Below, in pieces: positions 37,222 through 49,057 of a stretch of DNA of 53,450 nt (position 1 is the first letter of the stretch; each line of letters begins with the position of its first letter). This DNA is from Perkinsus olseni. Its lineage: Eukaryota. The notes under the pieces are model-generated. The model was not told where the DNA came from, searched no databases, and worked only from the letters and a program-made list of their open reading frames with translations. Where the stretch lies: the NCBI GenBank assembly GCA_013115125.1, contig JABANN010000201.1:1-53450 (forward strand). Direction: 5' to 3'. Position numbers and translations under genes: made by a program.

Positions 37222-40190
37222 TTGGGATCTTTGGCGTTCATGAAGTTCGACTCGCCATTGAAGGACTGCCTTTGTCCTCCCGAGCGTTCTAGACTGCGCA
37301 GGGCAACGTTGGATACTATGCAGACGAACTGTGATGCAGGGGCACAGGAACTGGTAGCGAAGGCGCGTCGTCAGTTGAAGCCACCGAGGCTTGATAGGAC
37401 TGCGATGTTCATGTCGGAAGGCACTAAGCTCCATTCATTGGAGTTTGTTGCTTCAGTGATTCGACGCTACAGCTCAAAATTTGAAGGGCGAACTTGACTT
37501 GACTCCGAGAGGCTTCACGTGCAGTTCGTATCTGTGAGGGGTATTACCTGTATATCTCAAGTATACATTTATTGGACCCGCCAAGTTTTCGACCTTGAGA
37601 AAGTCTGCATTAAGTGTTCTGCATTCTCAAAGACCTCGGTAGAGCTTCAATAAGGGTTGGTGAGGTGGACGGGTTTTATAGAATGATATTTTACATTCGT
37701 GCACCCATGCAACAGCATGCCCATTCTCGTGCTTGTTGTTATTCTAGATACCCGTTGTTGACAAAGAGACATGTGAAGCTCCATGGATGGTATCACAACG
37801 ACCCCTGGGGGAAACTCAACTCTTTCGCGTACTTCGCATCTTCTAAACGAACGGTCAGGCGCTCGACTATACAGTAAGAGGCGTTGGGAGGGTCCCGGGT
37901 CCGATGACGTATCGTTAGGTTCTTGCTGAAGAATCGAGAACTGTCGAGGTTCTGTGAGTTGATAATGATGTGTGACCCGTCTGTTGTGCATGAGCTCAAC
38001 CTCACGGGGCCGTAAGCGGTGTTTGTCGAGGCTGCCACCGTGGCAGTGCCATGGCGCTGTCTCAGAGAGATGAAGCTAGCTCCACTTTTCCCCTGGACCT
38101 GCGCACTAGAGTGCTTTCAGGTACTCGTTGTTTGTCCCGCACAACAATGCATTCGATCGCGTCAAAGGAGGGTAGTGGAGCAGTTTTCTAGAATGAAAAT
38201 TGAGTGCTAAGTGCAGGTACGAGCACGTGAAGGCTACTATAGAGGCTAACCCGGACAAGGGAAGGGACTTCATCCGGAATCACTCGATACGAGGAAATAT
38301 TATACTGTAGCGAGCCCATTGAGGTACCGACGTTCCCGGTACTCTCTGTGTAGGAATCGTATGATAAAACGACCTGAAAACAGACCGATGTTCACACTCA
38401 GCCAAACGCCGATCAGAGTGGAACGGACGAAACGGGCGACGGAGTGCAGTGGGTGTTCGAAGGGCATTGGCTGCAACGTTGTGGACGGTACTTCAGGTCC
38501 AGCTGAATATCATCTATTGTCAGTGCATAAGGACGGCTCTGCAGCGGACACGCTACCTTGTCGGATGTTGCGGTAACCATGGGCTTCAATGTCGCGGCTT
38601 AGTGCTTGTGCGTTGTAGGTGGGATATAAGATGCTGTAATGGGCTGTTGCATGTTATTGATGGTCCATTGTTCGTGTTTGAGGGGTGAAGACTGTCGCTC
38701 CGATTGATAGTCGTTTCTGGTGAGTATCCGTTGTGTTGCAGACATGATGGGTGATAGTGCTTCTGCTGGTACGCTACGTCCGTATTAGTGTAGGACGGAA
38801 CTAAAGTGGGTTGAGCGATTGCTGCCGGGGTCACCATTCGGACTCTGATCGTCAGAGGGTTTTCAGCTAATAGTTGAGATCTTGCTGCTCGGGATCAAGT
38901 TGAGAACTTGAGCAAGTCGGCCAGGCAGCGCGGCACGCACTGTGAGTTCTGTACGCACTGTAGCGCTCAGTGAGTGCTACCAGCTCGCTCGGATCATCTA
39001 CTGAGAATTCGGAGGCAGCTCTCTTTGTCTGTTCCCTCTTCAACTGCATCCTCGTTGACCTGTGAATATCTTCACAGGAGTCTGAATCAATCCTTGATAG
39101 CTGCTGATTCTGAGGATTCTTTCCTATTGGCCGCCTGTAGATGAGTAGTTGGTTTGCCGTTCGTGGCGCTTTGTCCTGCTCCCGTTGGGTCCACAGCGTA
39201 ACGGTCGAATAGATTTCATCTGACAGCGTGTCCGAGTGGTTTAGGAGGTGGACTAGAAATCCACTGGGCTCTGCCCGCGCAGGCTCGAATCCTGCCGCTG
39301 TCGAAATGTTTCGGTAGCGCATTTTGTGGCGCAAAGCGTATCTTTCCTGTGCGCGACTGCTCAGTGAGTAACACTCCATTCGTCCAGTAGGTTTTCGTGT
39401 CGTGCCCACGTTAGAGCGGCGTTTCCTGAGCGCCAGCGTTAGCGCTCTGCTCTCCTGCAGAGGGGGTTTTATCTTCACCTCGTCCGTATGTGCTGTGGTG
39501 TATACAGAATACCGTTGCCTATGGGTTCATGTCGTCCACGGCTTCCTGCTGACAGATGAATGCCGGCAACTGGGAATTTGGATCGGTTGGACGAGTAGTA
39601 TTGGGGGCCGGAAGTGAAAAGAGCCATACTCCTACTTCTCTCGGCAACAGTGGGGTCAGAAGTCATCTACTGGCAGGATATTGATGGCAGTGACGGATAG
39701 TAGTATATATTAGCTGGAGTCCAGCCATAGGTCCCGTGGCGGACCAGCTAAGCTGGTCCGTGGCATAGGGATCGGCTTGCCCATCGCTGATTTAAATCGT
39801 CGTCTGAACCTTCAGGAATGAGTTCCTCCGTCGATTGATGCAGCTGCTTCGTCCTCCTCACGAGGTTTGCTCGAGCGCTCGTACTCCAGCCAGCCAAGGG
39901 ATGTTTCATTATCGCGTGTACGTGTGCCAGTTCATTCCATCTTTGGTGGCCCATTTGCCAATGCCGTTCAACTATGACTTTTAAGCATGCTCCGCAAACG
40001 TAGCCCGTCCGTGAATTGCCGAGCGCTCTTGAGTTGCTTTGACTGCTGCGACCTGGGCGACCTTCCGCACTGTACATTATCAGTCCAATGCCCACGCGCG
40101 GCTCATGTAAGAACAGAATCTTCCGAGTGCGGTAAGCCTCATTTGAAACGGCCGCAACGCGCATCTGTGTTCTCGCTCGCCCGTCAACCG
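37222..40190 (+). CDS. One or more hypothetical multi-exon genes
   Basis: A run of short open segments bounded by GT/AG sites (e.g. YEHVKATIEANPDKGRDFIRNH; VQWVFEGHWLQRCG; NEFLRRLMQLLRPPHE). No family recognised and the model is not fully assembled. Confidence 0.3.
39222..39303 (+). tRNA. tRNA-Ser (AGA)
   Basis: GACAGCG TGTCCGAGTGGTTTAGGAG GTGGA CT AGA AA TCCAC TGGGCTCTGCCCGC GCAGG CTCGAAT CCTGC CGCTGTC G: 82 nt with the long variable arm of a class II tRNA. Confidence 0.95.
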
Positions 40191-40294
40191 TCGTAAGTTT
40201 GCTCTTAAGTCTTTTGGTTTGAGCGACTATTTTTCCACCCCCGTAGATGAGAACCTGATGTAACTTTCAGAGATTGTTTTCTCTCTTGATTTGA

Positions 40295-42518
40295 ATGCCG
40301 TTCTTCGGAGGAGGTTCGAGACTCGGTGTGTTCTCGTCGGTGCTAGGCAAGCATACGACGTATCGATCCGAGCGTACCAAATTTGTAAGCCCTTCTCCTT
40401 GTACGGCTTCACCTTATATTCTTCGGTTCAGGATGCTACGGGGGATTTCTCATTCACCGAATGCCGTTTGCTCAACAAAAGAGGTCTACTCGTGCAAATT
40501 AAAGTTGATGTTTTTGCCAAGGAGTTGATCCTGGCCGCTGGGCAGCATCGAGTATATGTTCCTCTATTCGATGTTGTGGGAGCGGAGGCGGTTGAAGAAG
40601 AGGACGTGAAGGGCGACCGCTATCGGTTGGATGTCTGGTTCTGCCCCCAAAAGTATCTCAAACCGTCGGTTCGAGTGCTGAAACGGATGCGATGTAGGTC
40701 GACGACTTCGTAAACTTGTTGCTTATGCGCCGTTTTCAGTGGCATTCAACAGCGAGGAGGATCGTGGCGAGTGGTATGAGGCTTTGAGGGCGAGGCAACC
40801 GGCTGGGAAGGTTCTAGTTTTTGTGAATCCTTATGGTGGGAAAAAGATCGCCAGGGAGCTTTTCCACAAGAACTTGAAGCCGATGTTTGCCATAGCGGAT
40901 GTCCAGTAAGTTGCCGACTACTTTACTGCTCCGCAGTCAATATGGTCAGTTATGATAAGATCGAAACGACCCACCGAATGCATATTCAGGAGGAGTGTGA
41001 AAGTTTGAACGTTGATCGCTACAGGATGGTGGTAGCCATTGGCGGCGATGGCACTGTGGGTAGGTTGGTATATCAGGGTTATCGCTCGGTGTGATGCTCC
41101 TGCTTTTTTGTCAGATGAAGCGATCAATGGCCTGTCACGAAATCCTGACCCTCGCGCTCGATTCGTCCCAGTGGGTCAGCTACCCGGTGGCACCGCCAAT
41201 GCCCTGGCTGAAGTTCGCGGTGTTGACAATCCTGTGACGGCTTCCTTTTACGCCGCGAAGGGTTCGTATCGTCCATTGGATGTGATGAAGGTCGCCAATG
41301 AGACTGGCACCATCGACCTTATTGCGACCTGCATGGGTAATTTGCTTTTTTCTGTGGGTGCTCCGATCTGCTCCCTCACTTGTCAGTGTCCCTCGGCTTC
41401 ATTTCGTTTGTGAACATGAAAGCTAGCAGCTGGCGGAACCTCCTTGGGACAGCCAGGTAAATTGTCCAGCCGCACTCGCTGCTCTAATGTTTTTTCGGCA
41501 GGTATGGTGTGTGCGGTGCTCGCAGTGTTATCTGTGCTAAAGTGACGGATTATGAGGCTGACCTGAAAGTCGTCCATAATCAGTAAGCTCAGTAGGCGCC
41601 GACGGCTAGGTGTATTTATTCCTTTGTGTACCTTAGGGATGAGGTTAGCACGCCATCTCACACCCAGGAGGGCGCCAGCCGGGAATCGAGCCCATTAGGA
41701 GATACTAGGAGGAGTGGCGATAGCAATACCACATCTGGTGAAGTCAGCACAGCCGACGACCTGAATGATGGTTACGCGGGGAGCTCGGGTTCAACCGGCG
41801 TAACTAAGACTCGGAGCGATAAAGGAAGCTACGATATCGTTAGCCCAGAGCTCTTCAGGGACGTCCACAACAAGCACATCGTAAACCACGGGCTGGCATA
41901 TAGAGTCGTATCATGCCGTTCCTTTGTTCAGTACCCTCCGCCGAAGAACTTCGCGCCGTGCTCTATAGGGGAGGACGGAATTCAATTGAATAGGAGCCCG
42001 AGCATGTTCTTCACTACCAATCGCAACAAAGTAGGGCTTAGACTCTCCAACTTATTCGGGATTTCCGCATGGTCAGGTTCAACTGTTACACTATTTCTCT
42101 CTGATTGGTTTGCATAAGTCAGCCACGGCTTTGAAGGACGCCTCGGGACATCACCCGACTTTCGATATTGAGTGCGTATATGGTTATCTCGTTGGTTTCG
42201 GCTGATCTCTTCGCGTCAGGCACGGTGTTCAGCGCGTGGAGCTGAAGCCTAAGGGAAAGATCGCTGACAAGCACAAGATCGCTTATAGCATTGTAGGCAC
42301 TCTTTCGTCATTATCAGTTCTCTATTTGATTGTCGCTTCAGGACGGAGAATGCTACTGGTCTGATTCCACTATAGCGGTGACGTACCTCCCTAATTTCTG
42401 CTACATGGTTGGTCATCCTGTTCCCGTCGACAGGGAGGGCGAAGGATCTTTGAGGAGGGCTTCTTATCTCCAGGCAATAGGAGAGGGGTTGTGGAGGGAT
42501 GCTTTTTCCGGGTCGTGA
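40295..42518 (+). CDS. Sphingosine/ceramide kinase-like protein (DAGK catalytic domain), multi-exon
   Basis: VLVFVNPYGGKK; VVAIGGDGTV|DEAINGL; VGQLPGGTANALA; RPLDV; C-terminal DGE motif; possible PH-like N-terminal region. Confidence 0.85.
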
Positions 42519-43559
42519 ATGGTGTCTTGGTTTGGTGGAAACTCCACCAATGGTCAGGGGGTGCTATTCCCCTCGGTGGGTGTAATTAAATTAGTGGTTC
42601 ACCGTGATGAGCCCGTGTGCCCGTCATTGGTGACCCCTTCGTGCAATGATTAGCACTGGATTAGAATGCACGTATCATGATTACCGTCGCTGTCTTGGAA
42701 TTTCTCGTTGGAATTAATCGATATTCTTGCGATGTACAATTGGGGTGTAGAGTCTAGTAGAATCAGACTAGGTGGTTCCAAATGTTACATGAAATCGTGA
42801 TAGCAGATGGCACGCACGAATCTGAATGGACTCATATCATTGCGCAGGGGTATCTGAGAAATAACACACCTCGGTATATTCGCTTATTGTAGTGACATAG
42901 TGTGTTTGGGGTTCTATTATGTATGTGTATCGCATTTGGCGCTTCTCTAAACAGGAGAGTTATGGTATTAAAGCTTTGGTACACACGCTAGGTCGCTTCG
43001 TTTGCACCCGGTTGAGTCTCATTGAAATTTTTGAGCTCGGTTGAGGGTCACTGACGAGACTCTCCGGTCTCGAAACTCCTCTTACTCTCATGGGGATCTT
43101 TGTCTCGATCTGTGACGCACGAGACGTTTGTCACTGGGTGTATAGTAGAATCAGCGAAGTACTGGGGTAAGATAGCTCGTGGTTGTCGACATCGGACCCT
43201 GCCTTCTCGCTTAGGTACCTTGTGCATCTGATGGGCCGCTGCTGATCACGAGCCGTATTTGACGAAGACTCGGCAAGAAACTGAGTTTGGCCGTCACAGT
43301 GGTCAACCTGGTTGACTCTACCCCTGTGTACTGGCTGTTTCATTACTACCATCGTTTATATATTTGGAGATCATCACGTTGCTTTTGCTCTAGCGCGTGA
43401 TGTCCAATTTTGTATTTCATGGCTTTTGCAGCAAGCAGCGAACCTGTAATATGCTGACTTGCGAAATATCAGAAGCTCCTCGGCCGAGCAATCTTTCACG
43501 ACTGACCATTTTTGCCTGCGGCAACGTGGGTAAATGTACCGCAGCAGTCGCTCAATGCG

Positions 43560-45265
43560 TTTTACAGATTATCAGTAGTGTTATGTCCAAGTTCTGTATA
43601 GTGATATCAACTCGTATCTATATACCATCTTGACTCGCCTTGCGACATGCAGCAATTCTGAATTGTGTCGAATGTGTCAAGGCGATGTTCACTCTCCTTG
43701 CAGAGGGTTGTAGAATGTGGAAGGCCCACGTCAATGGAAGATCTATTACCGATTGCGGTTTTGTTATTATTGTACTACAGTTACGTCTTCTAGGCTGAGT
43801 GTATCAATAGTGGTGAGCTCTGACATGAACAAGAGTTGCGTTTGGCGCTGGACTGAGGATTTATGGATGTTGCTCGGGTCGTGGAGCAATAGTGTTCGTA
43901 TCAGGCGATTGTAGTGACCGCGTCAGTGATAATGTGGGTAGTGCTTTTCAATCAATCAATTTCGCGATCAATCGGGTTAAACTTCAAGTTGCGGAGCGAT
44001 AGGAATACCAGAGGCGTATTCCGTGGCGGACAATTTCGAATTGTGGGGTTTGCGGCTTGCAGTTTGTCAACTGCTGTTTTGTATGGGTGGGAAGAAGGGT
44101 CTGCGACACACTCTGGCAGACTTTCGCCCGGGTTGCTCCGGACAAGCAGAGCGCGATGGGCTGGATATCTGGGCGGATCGTCCTAGCTGGGCACGCACAG
44201 GTAGTCAGTGAGATTGGCCTGCATTGTGTGAAGCTGAATTTCGATTTCGTTCAGAAAACCCGATAGTGAGAGCAAGGCCGGGAGGTTTACTTGCTTTCGA
44301 CAGGAAGGATCTGCATATGACGAGTGAGACGGGTCATAGTTGGACGTTTCGAGAATCGCTCTTAGTCGTGGTAACTTCGTCCGGCAGTAGGCGGCTCCGT
44401 TCGTTACGGCTTCTGCGTTAGAACAAGTGAATGTTTTCAACCTTTGCATACAGGCAGTCCTGCACTCCGGGGATACGGTCGGGTTGCTCATGGTGCAGAC
44501 CCTCTGAGCTGTTTTCATACCCCGCCGTTTTACATGAGTGACATGAGACAACGGGAGCCGAAGTAAGTCACCTTCACTTGCCACGATGAAACGATGTCGG
44601 TCATCACATCGTTGGTGCAGTGGTCTGACGAAAGTCGAAAGAAGAAGATTACTTCGGTGGGAGTCCTGTGCGGCGGACTCGCTCCCAGCTTTCAACCGGC
44701 GTAGAGGGCATCGTCAAGGATCACTTTCAGCTGCGCTGAGGGGTACTTGCATCCCCCGTTCACGTTCGCCCCTGAGTGTTACGGCTCAGGTGGTCCGCTC
44801 GCTGTTAACGCAATAGCAGGATACTTCGGTCATATCCCGAGAAAATACGTTGAGAACGTCTATGGGCTGCCATTTATGAGAGCTAACGCAGTATCATCCT
44901 CTTCGGGAAGGACAACACAAGACGCGAGAGCGGTAATATGCTAGGAAAACTCCCGTTCTGATATGGACTTTCTAGACTGCGAAGTGGAACATCGAGGTTG
45001 GCGGTGCGTCGAAGTCCAAGAGGATGGCGAGACACATCGAGGTACGGCCTCATGCCTCAGTGGTTGCCAGCCCGCCTGTATGCGTGAGTTCCTTGTAAGG
45101 TGGCCGATAGAGCCAGACGAAGAGCCATGCGGGACCGGGAGCACCGTAATTCGGCTGCCGCGGAAACTTGGTGTGCTAATATGGAGAATCCCACGAAGTT
45201 GCATAATGCCGTGAGAGCTCTCGGCGTCTACTCTGCATCGTCAGGGAGCGACTATCGATTTTGAG
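43560..45265 (+). CDS. Hypothetical multi-exon protein
   Basis: Exon-like segments (GIPEAYSVADNFELWGLRLAVCQLLF...; GGPLAVNAIAGYFGHIPRKYVENVYGLPF; DFLDCEVEHRGWRCVEV) with splice-like borders; no family recognised. Confidence 0.3.
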
Positions 45266-45935
45266 GCCGACAATAGGAATTACTGTTCGTTACTTTTCCC
45301 ATTCAGTGGCGAGATTACGGTATTGTCGGGTACAAAGGGTTCAAGCCTTTCTGGAAAACGGATAAGGACTTCCACCTGAAGTAGCATAGCAGCAACATGT
45401 TGTATCGCAAAAACGACTGGTCTCTCAGGAAAAGAGAACTGGGTAAACCGAACCCACCATATCTGCCGAGGGCGTCTTACCACACCATTCTTGTAAGCAT
45501 TGATGAATCCTTGTGCGTCCGTATACCAGTGCAGGTGCAACCTAATTGAGATTCGATTCATAGAGTGCGCTCTTTTACTGCATGGCTTTGTCGCCTTTAG
45601 AAGCAACATCCTCTTGATAGTTATCCACGATGAGATGTTGGGTTGATGAAGTCCAACAAAAGGCAGTTCGAACGCAACTCGCTCTCTGGGAGTTTTGTGA
45701 ATCTCCAACAGGCATCATCCATGGGCGACGATTTTCGCCTTCACACTGAGACTCATTGGGCTCGCGCTGACGTACGAGCTACGTCAAATGTTCTCGTTTG
45801 AGGCGTTGTGGTTGAATCAATCGGGAGCATTCTCCCACGCTCCCCTTACGAACAAATATACACCGTTGTTACTCGAAGGTGGGGCTCACAGTAGGGTGAA
45901 ACCACGCAGTTCTCGGTTCTTTCTGCGATGCTGAA

Positions 45936-46581
45936 ATGACTCGCAACAAAAACTCCTCGAAAAAGGATACGGTAGACCGCACGGCTTCCACTTCCAGCAG
46001 TTTACTTAGTTGTGTAACGCTGTGTCCGAAAACAAGTAGGGCGCGGATAGCGATTCGAGCAAAACCGGGAGCAAAGGTGAGCACGAAGAGAGCGAGTATT
46101 GCTCAGAAATAGACGCCCCGCTGGCAGCGCGGAATGCCGAGCCAGCACAGCATGGAGTCTTTCGTTTGTCTGCCTTTCAGGTGTCCTGTCTAGCTGGAAT
46201 TGATGCAGAAGGGGCTCTTGATGTACAGCTTAACGCTCCTGCCAGAGACGGCGAAGCTAATGAGGAGCTGATAGCATTTCTTTCCAGGGAGGTGCTTGCC
46301 GTGAAGAAGAAAGATGTTGCTCTGATCCAGGTAAGCTTTGCCTCTCGACTCGCTCGATGTAAGTTGGAATTTTCACTCCCCCGGTGAAAGGGAGGAGGGG
46401 GTACCATTACAGTCAAGATGGGATCACAATCACTATCACTCGCCTCTGTCTCCGAGTACGCCTCCGTGTAACGTGGCTGTTCCGGTAGGGTTCCAAGAGA
46501 CGCGAGAAGGTAGTCGAGATATCTGATGCACTCACCGCCGAAGGCGTCTCCAGGCTCCTTCAGAATGCTCTACAATCTTGA
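45936..46581 (+). CDS. DUF167/UPF0235 (YggU/C15orf40-like) protein, 3 exons
   Basis: RIAIRAKPGAK|VSCLAGIDAEGALDVQLNAPARDGEANEELIAFLS...KKKDVALIQ|GSKRREKVVEI...*. Confidence 0.88.
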
Positions 46582-47371
46582 CTTCCTCTCTATATATTCG
46601 CCAGTATCACGGCTGGATCCGGAGCCGTCGTGTTGGAATAGCGCAAGGCTAGATTTGTCAATATTCTGGGGCAGCACTGGCACAGGTGGCCCACGGAATA
46701 CCTCAACCAGGCCTCAAAGCTTGACTGTGAAGGCTCTGGGATTCCGGGCCCACCCAGTGGGCCAGAACCAGGCATGTTTTGCCATATTCAAAAGGTCAGA
46801 AGCTGAGCTTGCCCTGAGCTTCTAAAGCTCAGTGGTCCAGCGGGTCTTCGGGTGGAAGCACTCGGCAATAGGGACTAAACTCATCAGTGATGGGCTATGG
46901 CTATGGGCTATTGGTTGAATCGCTATAGCTCAGCAAAAGAGTAGGGTGCGGGTGTGAGTTTTTGCAGATCTCTATTTGAAGCACTCCTCAAAATTTCATA
47001 GGCTAGCACGTTGTTAACAAAAAGTTACAAGCGTTCAAAGTCGCCGCCGAAGTAGGTCCGTTTAGGCTATTCCTTGGACAGTCGAGTGCCACACAAAGAC
47101 CTCGACGGGCGTACGGGCCATGCGTAGAAGGACGCGTCACCTCAGAAGGTTCGGATTTCCTTGGCGACTGCCAACTCAGCAACTTTATCTCACTTAAAAA
47201 ACATCACAACACCAATTACAGCTCTGTAAGGTCAGTATGAACAGCGTTTTTGTCAATGACGGTCACACAAGAGAAATACAGGGAAAATCGTGAGCTCCTT
47301 GAATTCAAATCACACATCTTGAAGTCCGCTTCAGTCTCCAGCCCGGTACAATATATATATACTTGGATAAC

Positions 47372-48400
47372 TTAGTCCAAACTAAGGTTAAAGGTGATTC
47401 CCGGACTACCGCTTGAATCAGAGTCGAAGGACGTTGGAGGTGAAGCGGTCCGTCTTCTCGTCTTTGGTCCGGAACCTTCGTCACTCCTATCGGTGGAAGA
47501 CGCCGAGGATGAAGACATTCGTTTCCTTCTCTTCAATTTAAAGACTTCGTCATCATCCGTACTTGTGGAAGATGTCGAAGATGAAGGTTTACGTTCCCTC
47601 AACTCCGATTTAGCGACTCTCTCATCATTCGACAGGGTGGGAGAAGCCTTGGGCGAAAAGCTCCGTGTCCTCGGCTTCAATTGAGGCCTCGCGTCAGTGT
47701 CCCATTTCTCCAAAGTCGTCCTTCCAATGGGTGAATATCTGCGATTGTAGAAGTTATCGCCTTCTCCGTTGCGAAGCACCAATTTCGTCTGATTCACATC
47801 AGACAATTGAGCGAGGACGAAAAGCCTGTGAACCGGCATAATCATCAGAATATTGCTCGTGAAGCCATAGACAGATGCCGCCACAGGTACATCATCCTTC
47901 AACTGGACCTCGAGGCCGTGGTTTGCGTCTAGCGCACCGAAGTAATGTCCGGTGAGATGTAGATCAACATGAGGTCGAAAGAGATCAAAGGCGTTGTCTT
48001 CACATATACTGTTGAGATCATGGAGAACACTATCCTTGTCGCTGGCCTCCGATGGAGCCACAATCTCCGAGAAGCATGTCAGATTCTTCGCGCCGCTGTT
48101 GACGGTCACTGCATAATTCTTCTGCTTGCCATCCTTGGCAACTACGTAAACGGTGGCGAGGTCCACGGTATCCTTGGGTTTCTTCTTATACCCGATGAAT
48201 GTTCGAGCCCAAGCTTTGAAGGGGCCCACTTTCGGCCCGAATGCCTCCTTTTGAATACTCTGTCCACGGTCACGGGCCGTTGGCGACACATAGTACTCGA
48301 TACCTTCGCGGCTCTTCCCGAACAACCATTCAACTCCATGCAAACCTTCAACATAGCAGATGGCAGCGCCCCCGAGGATGACTGGCTTCAAAAAGCTCAT
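47372..48400 (-). CDS. Secreted hypothetical protein, intronless, paralog of 51959-52744, with a Ser/Arg-rich repeated tail
   Basis: MSFLKPVILGGAAICYVEG signal-like start; GVEWLFGK..YY.SPTA.DRGQS block shared with the paralog. Confidence 0.8.
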   Translation of the reverse strand: MSFLKPVILGGAAICYVEGLHGVEWLFGKSREGIEYYVSPTARDRGQSIQKEAFGPKVGPFKAWARTFIGYKKKPKDTVDLATVYVVAKDGKQKNYAVTVNSGAKNLTCFSEIVAPSEASDKDSVLHDLNSICEDNAFDLFRPHVDLHLTGHYFGALDANHGLEVQLKDDVPVAASVYGFTSNILMIMPVHRLFVLAQLSDVNQTKLVLRNGEGDNFYNRRYSPIGRTTLEKWDTDARPQLKPRTRSFSPKASPTLSNDERVAKSELRERKPSSSTSSTSTDDDEVFKLKRRKRMSSSSASSTDRSDEGSGPKTRRRTASPPTSFDSDSSGSPGITFNLSLD

Positions 48401-49057
48401 GGAAAGATAATTGCGATAACTGCGAGATGGCGGAAGACTTTTTCGGGCATGAACCTGCATGGAAATCTAGAAACCTCAACTCATCGTAACGCTCGAGAGA
48501 TGGAAGGAACGCCCGAATCTTGTCGTTCGCTGCCCTTGCGTTTCCGCGCGATCTCAGCCTCCAGGATCAACGTCGTTGATCGTTGATTCAACCACCGCGT
48601 ATCGAATTCTACAAGCTCTCGTCACTCTTCATCCCTCCTTGTTCCACCGTGCGCCACCTATATCTCATATTTTGCGTTTTTATCGCGCGGTGTACCAAGG
48701 GCCATCAAAAAAGGCAGAAGAGCAACCATGGACTCAACTGTTATGACGGGACTGGCCCGCTCCGTGCCTCGACTTTCACGGAACGTGTAGATTCCTCAAT
48801 CGAGTTCACTTCTCAAGGACCTCCCTTTGTCGCTGGCTCCATGCTATGGTCGCGAATTAGCTTGCTATGCGCGACAACTGTGGCAACTGTTCCGTGGCAT
48901 TGTTTCGTTACATGTTTAATCGTAGAGCTCAAGGCTGGTGGTTGGCCTGTGGTCGAAGTTTCACGACGTTGTTTCTCTTCACCTTTCAGCTGCTCGAGAG
49001 AGAATGGTCGAGTCGAGAACGTGGTGACAATGTTGCTTAGCTGTTTTTCGAGGATTG

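Noticed and set aside
38867-39478. 203-aa minus-strand ORF
   Set aside because: Includes the antisense translation of tRNA-Ser (AAGFEPARAEP...), a classic spurious ORF.
47969-48586. 205-aa plus-strand ORF
   Set aside because: Antisense to the secreted paralog, whose strand is supported by homology with 51959-52744.
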